Shown piece by piece: positions 20,182 to 27,988 of a DNA stretch of 36,596 nucleotides. The stretch lies in contig JAACVI010000227.1 of assembly GCA_009992505.1 (NCBI GenBank), positions 1-36,596 of the forward strand, given 5' to 3'. A program made the translations under genes and the position numbers. The stretch comes from Myxococcales bacterium (GTDB taxonomy: Bacteria; Myxococcota_A; Polyangia; Polyangiales; Houyiibacteriaceae). Numbering within the stretch: position 1 is the stretch's first letter; every line of letters starts with the position of its first letter. Below the pieces are notes generated by a model that saw only the letters and a list, made by a program, of their open reading frames with translations, made no database searches and had not been told where the DNA came from.

Positions 20182-21725
20182 GAGTGCACCTCGGCCTTGC
20201 CGATCAGCGCGCCCGGATTGAGCACGTGGTGGGGATCGAGCTCTTGCGAGAGCACGCGCACCACGTCGACGGCGACGCCTTGCTCTCGGCGCATGGCCGG
20301 CGCCTTGGAGCGGCCCACGCCGTGATGGTGTGAGAGCGTCCCGCCCGCGTCGATCACGGTGCGCAGCGCGGAGCGCCAGGTGCGGTCGTAGAGCTCGAGG
20401 CAGGCGGCGTCGTCCTTGGCCGAGCCCGCGAAGGAGAAGTAGATCGACGCGCCGTCCGGGTAGGCGTGGCTGAAGTGCGCCATCACGAAGACGTTATTCG
20501 ACAGCGCCTGGAGCACCGCCTCGTACATCGGCAAGAGGCGCGACCAGGTCGCGGCGACCTCCATCGTGTCCACGAAGGCGCCCGCGGCGTAGAGCGGAGA
20601 CTGGCGATAGCTGACCGAGTGCCGGTGCGAGAGCCAGTGCCGACCCGGCTCCTCGCCCGTGTCCGTGCCTCCGAGCGTGGTGCAGATGCGCGTGGCGACG
20701 GCGCGCTCCGCTTCTCCGATGATGGCGTCGTCCTCCCAGACGAAGATCACCATCACGCCGCCCGTGACGCGGCCTGGCAGACCCTCGATCAGGCGGTTCA
20801 AGAGGCCGGGATGTCTCAGCGCTCGCGTCAGCACCTTGAGCCCGAGGCCTGGCTGACCTCCGGGATCGGGCGTGCGCTCCTTGCGCGCCTGCTTCACGCC
20901 ACCTTGGCGGGCGAGCATGGAGTCGAAGGGATCGTAGAGGCGCGCGACGGCGGGTCGCAGTCCGGCCTGGTACACCGAGCGAATGCCCGCGAGGCCCTCG
21001 GCCACGGTGCCGAAATTGAACGAGGCGAAGCGCCGCGTCATGGCCGCGGGCGCGATGTGGAAGCTGGCCTCCGTGACGACGCCGAGGATGCCCTCGCTGC
21101 CGATGATCAGGGGCAAGAGCCCTGGATCGCCACCCTCGCCGGCGCGCCGGACTTCGCCCTGGCCGTCCACGCACAGGACGCTGACGATCATGTCCTCGAT
21201 CTTGCCGTAGCGACCCGAGCATTGGCCCGCGGAACGTCCCGCGACCCAGCCGCCGAGCGTCGAGCAGTAGATGCTCGAGGGGAAATGCCCGAGCGTGAAG
21301 CCGCGCTCGTCGAGTCCGTCCTCGAGGTGCTGTCCGATCATGCCCGCTTCGGCCGTGGCCACGAGTCGCGTCTCGTCCACTTCACGCAGGGCGCGCATGC
21401 GCTTCACGTCGAGCACGATCGCGCTCTCGGTGGGTGAGACGCCGCCGCAGACGCCGCTGCCGGCGCCGTAGGGTACGAGCGGGATCCCGCGCTCCGCGGC
21501 GTAGCGGACGACCTGAGACACTTCGTCGGTGGAGCCGGGCCAGACCACCACGGCGGGTGGCGAGACGGCGGCCTCTCCGGCGCGCGTTCGGATCTGTTGG
21601 CGAGGCCAGAGGTCGCGCGCGTAGGCCACGCGATCGGCGTCGCCGACCGAGGCGTGGCCCCCGGTGAGGGCCGCGAGGTCGTGCAGCAGAGCCTGGTTTG
21701 CGCCGCGGAGAGGGATCACAGCCAT
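20178..21725 (-). CDS. FAD-linked oxidase, alkyl-DHAP synthase (AGPS)/GlcD family
   Basis: The ATG at 21725 gives 515 aa: MAVIPLRG... VVWPGSTDEVSQVVRYAAERGIPLVPYGAGSGVCGG is the FAD-binding domain. GHFPSS...STLGGWVAGRSAGQCSGRYGKIEDM resembles the AGPS-type block. The 331 codons upstream in the 846-aa track ORF are Arg-rich shadow over the hsp70-like gene. Confidence 0.8.
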   Translation of the reverse strand: MAVIPLRGANQALLHDLAALTGGHASVGDADRVAYARDLWPRQQIRTRAGEAAVSPPAVVVWPGSTDEVSQVVRYAAERGIPLVPYGAGSGVCGGVSPTESAIVLDVKRMRALREVDETRLVATAEAGMIGQHLEDGLDERGFTLGHFPSSIYCSTLGGWVAGRSAGQCSGRYGKIEDMIVSVLCVDGQGEVRRAGEGGDPGLLPLIIGSEGILGVVTEASFHIAPAAMTRRFASFNFGTVAEGLAGIRSVYQAGLRPAVARLYDPFDSMLARQGGVKQARKERTPDPGGQPGLGLKVLTRALRHPGLLNRLIEGLPGRVTGGVMVIFVWEDDAIIGEAERAVATRICTTLGGTDTGEEPGRHWLSHRHSVSYRQSPLYAAGAFVDTMEVAATWSRLLPMYEAVLQALSNNVFVMAHFSHAYPDGASIYFSFAGSAKDDAACLELYDRTWRSALRTVIDAGGTLSHHHGVGRSKAPAMRREQGVAVDVVRVLSQELDPHHVLNPGALIGKAEVHS

Positions 21726-21817
21726 GCCTGCATACCACGAGCGCCACCGCGGTTGGAGTCTCGCGTTGTCTCGGGCGCGTGTCCGTGCGCCGGGAGACCT
21801 GCTGGGCAGAGGGTCTC

Positions 21818-21874
21818 CAGAGACGAAAGTGACGAGGAGCGTCCCTACTGATGAACGTGGCGAGGAGCGTCCCC
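21818..21874. repeat. Two tandem copies (28-nt period) of the motif CAGAGACGAAAGTGACGAGGAGCGTCCC
   Basis: Copy 1 is at 21818-21846. Copy 2 (GATGAACGTGGCGAGGAGCGTCCCC, 21850-74) matches 21/24. They are the reverse complement of the pair at 24729-24785. A 7-bp hairpin, GGAGACC-N12-GGTCTCC, sits at 21793-21818. Confidence 0.9.
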
Positions 21875-21898
21875 AGGCCCGTGTCCCCGGGCCCAAGC

Positions 21899-24670
21899 TC
21901 AGTCGACGAGCCTCAGCCCCGGGGGCAAGGACTCGCCGAAGACGCGCCGTTGGTCGGCCTCTTCGAGGTGCATGACCTCGCGGACCATGGCCACCCAGGA
22001 TGGACTCGCGCCGATCGCCTCGAGCCTCGTCGCGACCTCCGCGCGCAGCCCGTCGTCGAGGTCGCGTCCACGATCGCCCGAACGCCGCGCCAGCAGGGTC
22101 GCCGCGAAGGCCGCTGGGGAGCTCTTGTCGCGCGTGCGTGAGAGCGCCAGCTCGAGCCACTCGGCCGCCACATGCTTGGGCACGACCTCGTGTGCGCTGC
22201 CGTAGAAGGGCACGCGCGCCCCGAGCCGGCCCAGGGCCCAGAAGGTCTGCTCGCTCTCGTCGGCGGACGCGAGGCGCTGCACGAACCAGCCGCCCAGCTG
22301 TGCTTTGCGCTCTTTGGGCAGGCGCTCGAGCGAACCCGCGAGGCGCACCATGGCGTCGTAGCCGAGCTTCTTCGGCCCGGGCGGGCGCTTGCGCGGCCTG
22401 CGCGACTCCGGCTCGAGATAGAACGCGAGCTCGTCGAGGAGCTTGCCTTGCATGTCGGCGCCGAGTCCGCCCGCGACGCGGCGCCAGAGCGTCCAGTACT
22501 CGGCCCAGTTCTGGGCCTCCGACGGGAACTGCACGCCGCTGTCCAGCAGCTCGCTCAGCTCGCCGACACGCCAAGCGTCCAGCGGATAGCCGAGGCCGGG
22601 TCGCAGCGTGTAGCCCGCGAGACCCAGCCAGACGCGCTCGTGGTCGGCGCTTCGGCGTCGGCGCTTCTTGCCTGCCAGCAGCGCGCCGAAGAGCTCGCGC
22701 AAGAGCGGCGTATCCCACTGCTCACGCTTGCCCAGGATACGCTCGAGCTCCGCGCGCAGACGCTTCACCTCGCGCGGCGATGGATCGTTCGCGCTCTTGC
22801 CGTAGACGCGCCGGACGAGATCCGTCGCCTCGTGGAAGCGAGGGTGAAGGCTGGTGATGCGCTGGGCCGTGGCCTCGCCCGCCGAAGCGCCGCGGATCTG
22901 GAACTCGAGCTTGAAGCGGCGACGTGGATCCTCCGCGGACACGCAGCTCATCTCCAACGTCCCCACCTCCGTCAGAGACGCGACCAGGCGCACCAAGAGC
23001 TCGCCTTGGGATGAAGCGGAGGGCGTGTCGTCGCCGAGCACGGCGGCGATGGGCGGAAGATCCTCGTAGTCCTCCGGCGTCTCGATCTGCACCAGCTGTC
23101 CCGCGCGCACGTGTCGAACATCGGCGGGCGTGCTCATCAGATGAAAGCGCACGGGCTGGCCCAGCCGAAGAGAGAAGACGCGCTCCGTCAGCGCGACCTC
23201 CTCGCCCTCTTCGGCCCCGCGCGGCAGCAAGCAGATGGCGTCACCTGCGCGGCCTCCATCCACCATCAAGAAGTAGCTGCGCGCCGAGCCTCCGCCGATG
23301 CGCAATCCGAGCCCCCGCCGTGCCAGCCCATACGCGACGGCACCGAGGGCGACGGCCCGATCCGGTTGTGCGTTGTCCAGGACGCGCGGCTCGGCGCCTC
23401 TCCAGGCTCCCAGGGTCGACACCAGGCTGGAGCGCAGCGCCCGCCCGGCGAAGACGCCTCCGTTGAGCAGTACGGCGTCGGGCACGGCGAGCTGGCCGAC
23501 GGGTGGCGCATGATCGCCCAGGGCCGTCCGGCAGAGCTCGTCCTCACGGGCCAGAAAGGCCGCGACGTGGCGGGTGATGCCGGCGTCGGACACGTAGGGG
23601 AGCCCGAATTCCACGATGCCTGCACGCCGCGTGCTCGGCCGCTCCTCCGGCGCCACCTCGGGAAAGAAGCCATCGACCACCTGGCTCTGCACCTCGGCGG
23701 CGTCGATCTCCGTGCTGACGGCCCCACCAACGAGCTTGCTGCCCGAACCGAGCAGGGTGACCTGCTGCGCGGCTAGGCTGGGATCCGCGAGCAGGCGCTC
23801 CTTCACGCCTCGGCATTGCTGCACGAGCTGGCTGAAGCGCGCGGTGCCGAGCGGGCGGCTCGGGCTGATGCGTGTCTCCGCGCGGCGCGCCAGCGTGAGA
23901 TCCATGTTGTCGCCGCCCAGCATCAGGTGGTCGCCCACGGCGATGCGCGTCAGACGCGGGCCGTTCTCCCGCAGCTCGACCTGGATCAGCGTGAGATCCG
24001 TGGTGCCGCCGCCCACGTCGACGACCAGGGCGAGTCGGATGCCGTCGAGGACCTGTTCGAGGTCGTCCGGATGGCCTTCGAGGAAGTGGTAGAAGGCCGC
24101 CTGCGGTTCTTCGACCAGGCGCACCTGGGGCAGCCCCGCGTCGCGCGCGCTGGCCAGAGTCAGGGCCCTCGCCGCCTCGTCGAAGGAGGCCGGCACCGTC
24201 AGCACGACCTCCTGCTCCGCCAGCGGATGGGCCGGGAAGCGGGCGTCCCAACGCTCTCGCACCAGCGCGATGTAGCTCGACGAGGCCTCGACGGGCGAAA
24301 CCTTCGGCACCTCGTCGGGGGCGCCCCAGGGCAGGATCGGCGCTCGCCTGTCGACGCCCGCGTGGGAGAGCCAGCTCTTGGCGCTCGTGACCAGCCGGCC
24401 CGGCGTACGCGCACCGAGATCGAGAGCCCACTCGCCCACGATGGGATCCTCGCCATGGGGCGTGGGCAGCTCGCCCGCCCGGGGGTGGTAGCGCGCGGAG
24501 GCCAGCAAGGGGCGCGTGGCCTGCTCCAGGGGACCGACCCATTGCTCGACCTCGAAAGGCCTGGCGGCGACTCCCTCGGTCCCGTCCTCGTGGGTATCCG
24601 CGTAGGCGACGACCGTATGCGTCGTGCCCAGGTCGATGCCGACGATGTAGCGAGCTGCTGCTGCTGCCAT
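21899..24670 (-). CDS. Atypical Hsp70-superfamily ATPase (923 aa) with a large non-DnaK C-terminal region
   Basis: YIVGIDLGTTHTVVAYAD (phosphate-1), LVVDVGGGTTDLTLIQV (phosphate-2) and VLLNGGVFAGRAL (adenosine motif). The C-terminal third (after KKRRRRSADHERVWLGL) resembles no DnaK lid that I recognise. Confidence 0.85.
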   Translation of the reverse strand: MAAAAARYIVGIDLGTTHTVVAYADTHEDGTEGVAARPFEVEQWVGPLEQATRPLLASARYHPRAGELPTPHGEDPIVGEWALDLGARTPGRLVTSAKSWLSHAGVDRRAPILPWGAPDEVPKVSPVEASSSYIALVRERWDARFPAHPLAEQEVVLTVPASFDEAARALTLASARDAGLPQVRLVEEPQAAFYHFLEGHPDDLEQVLDGIRLALVVDVGGGTTDLTLIQVELRENGPRLTRIAVGDHLMLGGDNMDLTLARRAETRISPSRPLGTARFSQLVQQCRGVKERLLADPSLAAQQVTLLGSGSKLVGGAVSTEIDAAEVQSQVVDGFFPEVAPEERPSTRRAGIVEFGLPYVSDAGITRHVAAFLAREDELCRTALGDHAPPVGQLAVPDAVLLNGGVFAGRALRSSLVSTLGAWRGAEPRVLDNAQPDRAVALGAVAYGLARRGLGLRIGGGSARSYFLMVDGGRAGDAICLLPRGAEEGEEVALTERVFSLRLGQPVRFHLMSTPADVRHVRAGQLVQIETPEDYEDLPPIAAVLGDDTPSASSQGELLVRLVASLTEVGTLEMSCVSAEDPRRRFKLEFQIRGASAGEATAQRITSLHPRFHEATDLVRRVYGKSANDPSPREVKRLRAELERILGKREQWDTPLLRELFGALLAGKKRRRRSADHERVWLGLAGYTLRPGLGYPLDAWRVGELSELLDSGVQFPSEAQNWAEYWTLWRRVAGGLGADMQGKLLDELAFYLEPESRRPRKRPPGPKKLGYDAMVRLAGSLERLPKERKAQLGGWFVQRLASADESEQTFWALGRLGARVPFYGSAHEVVPKHVAAEWLELALSRTRDKSSPAAFAATLLARRSGDRGRDLDDGLRAEVATRLEAIGASPSWVAMVREVMHLEEADQRRVFGESLPPGLRLVD

Positions 24671-24728
24671 GGCTGCGCACTGTACTCAGGACCTCGCCGC
24701 AGGCGAGCGCTCAGGGACCCTGGCGCTC

Positions 24729-24785
24729 AGGGACGCTCCTCGTCATTTTCGTCAGGAGGGACGCTCCTCGTCATTTTCGTCTCTG
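24729..24785. repeat. Two tandem copies (28-nt period) of AGGGACGCTCCTCGTCATTTTCGTC, inverted relative to 21818-21874
   Basis: 24729-24753 and 24757-24781 are identical over 25 nt. The reverse complement of 24757-24785 matches 21818-21846 at 28/29 positions. They lie 59-115 nt upstream of the hsp70-like ATG. Confidence 0.92.
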
Positions 24786-24876
24786 GGCGCCTACTGTCCC
24801 AACTTTGCACGAATCACACTCATGCCCACATCTCGGGTTGCATCCCATGGGGGTGCGGGCGTATTTTCTGTAACGG

Positions 24877-25326
24877 ATGGTCTCCCGTAGCGTCTTTGCC
24901 TTTGCTCTCGTTGCGCTCACGGTCGTGTGCATGGCGCCGTCGCAGGCGCGCGCTCAACGGTCCGTTCTGCCGCGGGGTGCCGCACATCTGGTCGTTCAGG
25001 TGCTCGAGGTGGCCCGCGCGGTGAGGTCGTCCTCGGCGTCCTCGCACCGTGCCGCGGCCGACGTGGATCCGGCGGACGCGGCTGCGGACGTGGCTGCGGA
25101 CTCGGACGCGGCTGCCGACCCCGACGCGACCGAGGCGGCCGATGCCAGCGACGAGGCGGAGGTCCAGGCGGACGGTGGCGTCATCCCCTACGCGCGGACG
25201 GTCGTGCAGCTCTTCGGTCGCGGTGTGCCGGTGACCCCTCTGGCGGACTTGCCGCGCGGCGGGACGACATTGAACGTCCATCCTTGTCGTGGCGGGTGCG
25301 TGTTCCGGCTTCGCGTCGGCTTCTAG
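24877..25326 (+). CDS. Hypothetical small secreted protein
   Basis: 149 aa. Signal peptide MVSRSVFAFALVALTVVCMAPSQARA, an acidic Ala/Asp low-complexity middle, and a C-terminus ...CRGGCVFRLRVGF. Third-position GC is high, consistent with coding. Divergent from the hsp70-like gene. Confidence 0.55.
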   Translation: MVSRSVFAFALVALTVVCMAPSQARAQRSVLPRGAAHLVVQVLEVARAVRSSSASSHRAAADVDPADAAADVAADSDAAADPDATEAADASDEAEVQADGGVIPYARTVVQLFGRGVPVTPLADLPRGGTTLNVHPCRGGCVFRLRVGF

Positions 25327-25418
25327 CCCCTGGCGAGCGGCCGGCCCTGTTGTCACCAGAGACGAGGAGTGTCCTCGTGCGGGTGGACCGTGGATGCGAG
25401 GGCCCCTAAGAACGATGC

Positions 25419-26411
25419 ATGGGTTTACTGGTCAGGGGCGAATGGCGGGACGAGTGGTACGACACCGAAGCGAGCGGCGGGGAGTTCGTCCGCACGGTGG
25501 CGGGGTTTCGTAGCTGGGTCACGCCGGACGGGTCCCCCGGTCCGAGCGGCGAGGGAGGGTTCGCCGCCGAGCCGGGTCGCTATCGGCTCTACGTCTCCCT
25601 CGCCTGTCCCTGGGCTCATCGCACGCTGCTGGCGCGCGCCCTCGAGGGGCTCGAGTCCATGATCCCGATTTCGGTCGTGCATTGGTACATGGGCGCCGAG
25701 GGCTGGACCTTCGAACCCGGTGAGGGCGTCGTCCCCGACCCCGAGCTGGGCGCCACCCGTTTGCATCAGATCTACACGGCGGCGCGTCCAGACTTCACGG
25801 GTCACGTCACCGTGCCCGTGCTCTGGGACACGCGGCGCCGGACCATCGTCAACAACGAGTCGTCCGAGATCCTGCGCATGTTCGACACGGCCTTCGATGA
25901 CGTCGGCGCCCGCGGTCTCGACCTCTACCCGGAGGCTCTCCGCGCCGACATCGACGCCACGAACGAGCTCGTCTACGACGCCATCAACAACGGCGTGTAC
26001 AAGGCCGGCTTCGCCACGCGCCAGGAGGTCTACGAGCGCCACGCGCGCCTGATCTTCGTGGTGCTCGCGAAGCTCGAGGCGCGACTCGAGAAGCAGCGCT
26101 GGCTGTGCGGAGACCGCTTCACCGAGGCGGACATTCGCCTCTTCCCGACGCTGTTGCGCTTCGATCCCGTCTACCACGGACACTTCAAGTGCAACCTGCG
26201 GCGCATCCAGGACTACCCGCACCTCTCGGGCTATCTGCGCGACATCTACCAGCTCCCCGGCGTGGCCGAGACCGTCCAGCTGGAGCACGCCGTGCGCCAC
26301 TACTATGGCAGCCACGACACCATCAACCCCACGCGCATCGTGCCCATCGGGCGCGGCGAGGAGCTGAGTCGGCCCCACGGACGTGAGGCGCTGGGACTGT
26401 CCCCCTACTGA
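25419..26411 (+). CDS. yqjG: Glutathionyl-hydroquinone reductase (Xi-class GST, YqjG/ECM4 family)
   Basis: 330 aa; GRYRLYVSLACPWAHRTLL (CPWA active-site motif), VPVLWD....IVNNES.EI.RM, RFDPVYHGHFKCN. Confidence 0.85.
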   Translation: MGLLVRGEWRDEWYDTEASGGEFVRTVAGFRSWVTPDGSPGPSGEGGFAAEPGRYRLYVSLACPWAHRTLLARALEGLESMIPISVVHWYMGAEGWTFEPGEGVVPDPELGATRLHQIYTAARPDFTGHVTVPVLWDTRRRTIVNNESSEILRMFDTAFDDVGARGLDLYPEALRADIDATNELVYDAINNGVYKAGFATRQEVYERHARLIFVVLAKLEARLEKQRWLCGDRFTEADIRLFPTLLRFDPVYHGHFKCNLRRIQDYPHLSGYLRDIYQLPGVAETVQLEHAVRHYYGSHDTINPTRIVPIGRGEELSRPHGREALGLSPY

Positions 26412-26456
26412 TCGCGCGCCCTCGCACGACGCGCCAACGCGCCGCGCCTTCGACGC

Positions 26457-27188
26457 CTACGGGCAGAGCCCGGAGGGGCAGGTGTTGCACGTCACGGTAC
26501 GGCCGCTGATCGTGCAGTTCTCCGGCGCGCAGCCGGTGCACGCGCAGCTCTTCTCGATCGGCATGTCGCCGCAGGGGTTCGCCTGACAGTCCGCGAGGAA
26601 GGCGCCGCCGACGTCCTGGCGACAGACCTGGTCGCCGCTGCAGGATCCGCCGCTGGCGCCACCCTCACAGGTGAACGCGCCGCAGGCCTCGACGGTCACG
26701 GTCCACACGCTCCCGTCGCAGCTCGCCGCGGTGTGGCCCGAGCTCGCGCAGCGCAGCCAATCGCAGCTCTGCGTGGCTGTGCATGCGGCGCCATCGCTCG
26801 GCGGGTCCGCGGGACAGCCGGCAGGCGCCATGGCACAGCCCGAACCGCTCGCGTCGCATCCGAAGACGGCCGGGCAGCAACGCACGCCGCAGACGGTGGT
26901 CTCGGTCGGACAGGAGCTGTCGCAGACGCTCGCGACGCACGTCGAGTCGCCGCAGGCGAGGCCGCACGAGCCGCAGTTTGCCGAGTCGTTTGTCAGATCC
27001 ACGCAGCTTCCGGCGCAGTCCGTGAGTCCAGTGGTGCAACCGCCGCCGTCTGCGCCCGCATCCACGCTGGAGTCCCCACCTGCGTCCACGTTCACCGCCG
27101 AGTCCGTGCCGGCGTCGGTGGGCGTGCTGTCGTCGCCGCATCCGAGGGCCACCAGAGTCAGGGAGAGAGCCAGCATCCTATACGTCAT
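26457..27188 (-). CDS. Cysteine-rich secreted lipoprotein
   Basis: The ATG at 27188 is preceded by GGAAGGA. MTYRMLALSLTLVALGC has a lipobox. About 40 Cys occur in patterns such as CTTGLTDCAGSCVDLTNDSANCGSCGLAC. The track ORF start at 27335 is less likely. Confidence 0.75.
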   Translation of the reverse strand: MTYRMLALSLTLVALGCGDDSTPTDAGTDSAVNVDAGGDSSVDAGADGGGCTTGLTDCAGSCVDLTNDSANCGSCGLACGDSTCVASVCDSSCPTETTVCGVRCCPAVFGCDASGSGCAMAPAGCPADPPSDGAACTATQSCDWLRCASSGHTAASCDGSVWTVTVEACGAFTCEGGASGGSCSGDQVCRQDVGGAFLADCQANPCGDMPIEKSCACTGCAPENCTISGRTVTCNTCPSGLCP

Positions 27189-27380
27189 CGTCGCGTCCTT
27201 CCGGTCAGTCTTGGGTGAGCCTATCAGCAAGAAGGGCGCCAACGAGGATCCATGGTTTCGCTCGCGAATGTGGGGGTCGACTGTGCCAAACGCTGTGCCG
27301 GGTTGGCGCGATGCCATCCGCGACGCGGGACCCACACAGGCGATGCCTGGCGACGCGCCGAATGTTCGCCGAAGGCGCGA

Positions 27381-27854
27381 TCAGGGCTTGGGCGACAGCC
27401 AGTGCGAGAGGGTCAGGCCGAGCTGATGCGGCGGCAGCAGCGCCTCGGCCGCGCCGAGCTCCGCAGCGGCCTGGGGCATGCCGAAGACCGCGCTGCTTCG
27501 CTCGTCCTGAGCGAGGGTCCGGGCGCCGGAGTTGCGCAGGGACAGCAGACCATCGCCGCCGTCTCGCCCCATGCCGGCGAGCAGAACTGCCAGACAGAGA
27601 TAGGCAGGCAGCTGGCTCAGGCTGTGAAAGAGCCGATCGACGGGAGGCCCGGCCCCTGGTCCATGGGCTCGCTCGGGCCGGAAGGTCCCGTCCACCGCCA
27701 GGGTGGTGTGGTGATTGGCCGGAGCCACATGGATGACCCCGCGCTCGAGGGGTTGACCTATCAGCACGAGCTTCGCCACGCGGCCGGTGCGGTTCTCCAG
27801 CCAGCGCACGAAGGCCTCGGAGTAGTCGTGAGGCATGTGCTGAGCCACGACCAC
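27381..27854 (-). CDS. CheB-type methylesterase catalytic-domain fragment (N-terminally truncated, possible pseudogene)
   Basis: VVVAQHMP.DYSEAFVRWL, IHVAP.NHH, PPVDRLFHSL, LLAGMGRDGGDGL and TLAQDE.SAVFGMPQAA match the CheB C-terminal domain. There is no receiver domain and no convincing GASTGG Ser motif. Homology continues upstream to about 27881 (NFAAPTPVP) without a start codon. Confidence 0.6.
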   Translation of the reverse strand: MVVAQHMPHDYSEAFVRWLENRTGRVAKLVLIGQPLERGVIHVAPANHHTTLAVDGTFRPERAHGPGAGPPVDRLFHSLSQLPAYLCLAVLLAGMGRDGGDGLLSLRNSGARTLAQDERSSAVFGMPQAAAELGAAEALLPPHQLGLTLSHWLSPKP

Positions 27855-27988
27855 CGGAACAGGCGTCGGCGCAGCGAAGTTCCCCCGTCTGGGGGTGGCC
27901 GCTCCGACCTGGCGGTCCGCCGTCGGCGTCGAACCGCCGCATCGACTCGCGGGAGGATCGGGACCTCCCGAGCCGGAGTCGTGTCCGC

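Noticed and set aside
14405-22718. Upstream extensions of real genes in the ORF track: 16391-16756 of the 783-aa ORF, 16072-16860 before rpmE, 17424-18146 before prfA, and 21726-22718 before the FAD oxidase.
   Set aside because: The extensions overlap neighbouring well-supported genes, are Arg/Pro/Gly-rich, and homology or signal peptides begin at internal starts that show start-stop coupling or an RBS.
22000-24680. ORFs overlapping the hsp70-like gene: 22000-22857(+), 22172-23014(+), 23111-23776(+), 23544-24680(-) and 23816-25024(+).
   Set aside because: The 923-aa frame carries the full set of Hsp70 ATPase motifs. The others are Arg-rich shadow frames.
24705-24728. CIRCE-like (HrcA) operator upstream of the Hsp70-like gene.
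   Set aside because: CIRCE is an inverted repeat, TTAGCACTC-N9-GAGTGCTAA. Here the AGCGCTC/GGCGCTC arms do not match that consensus and are better described as direct repeats plus a local palindrome.
26665-27426. Plus- and minus-strand ORFs overlapping the Cys-rich lipoprotein gene and the region up to 27380 (for example 26671-27426, 26733-27218, 27205-27942, 27215-27736, 27252-27995).
   Set aside because: They have no motifs and an Arg/Pro-rich composition, and they are antisense to either the lipoprotein or the CheB-like frame, both of which carry recognisable features.
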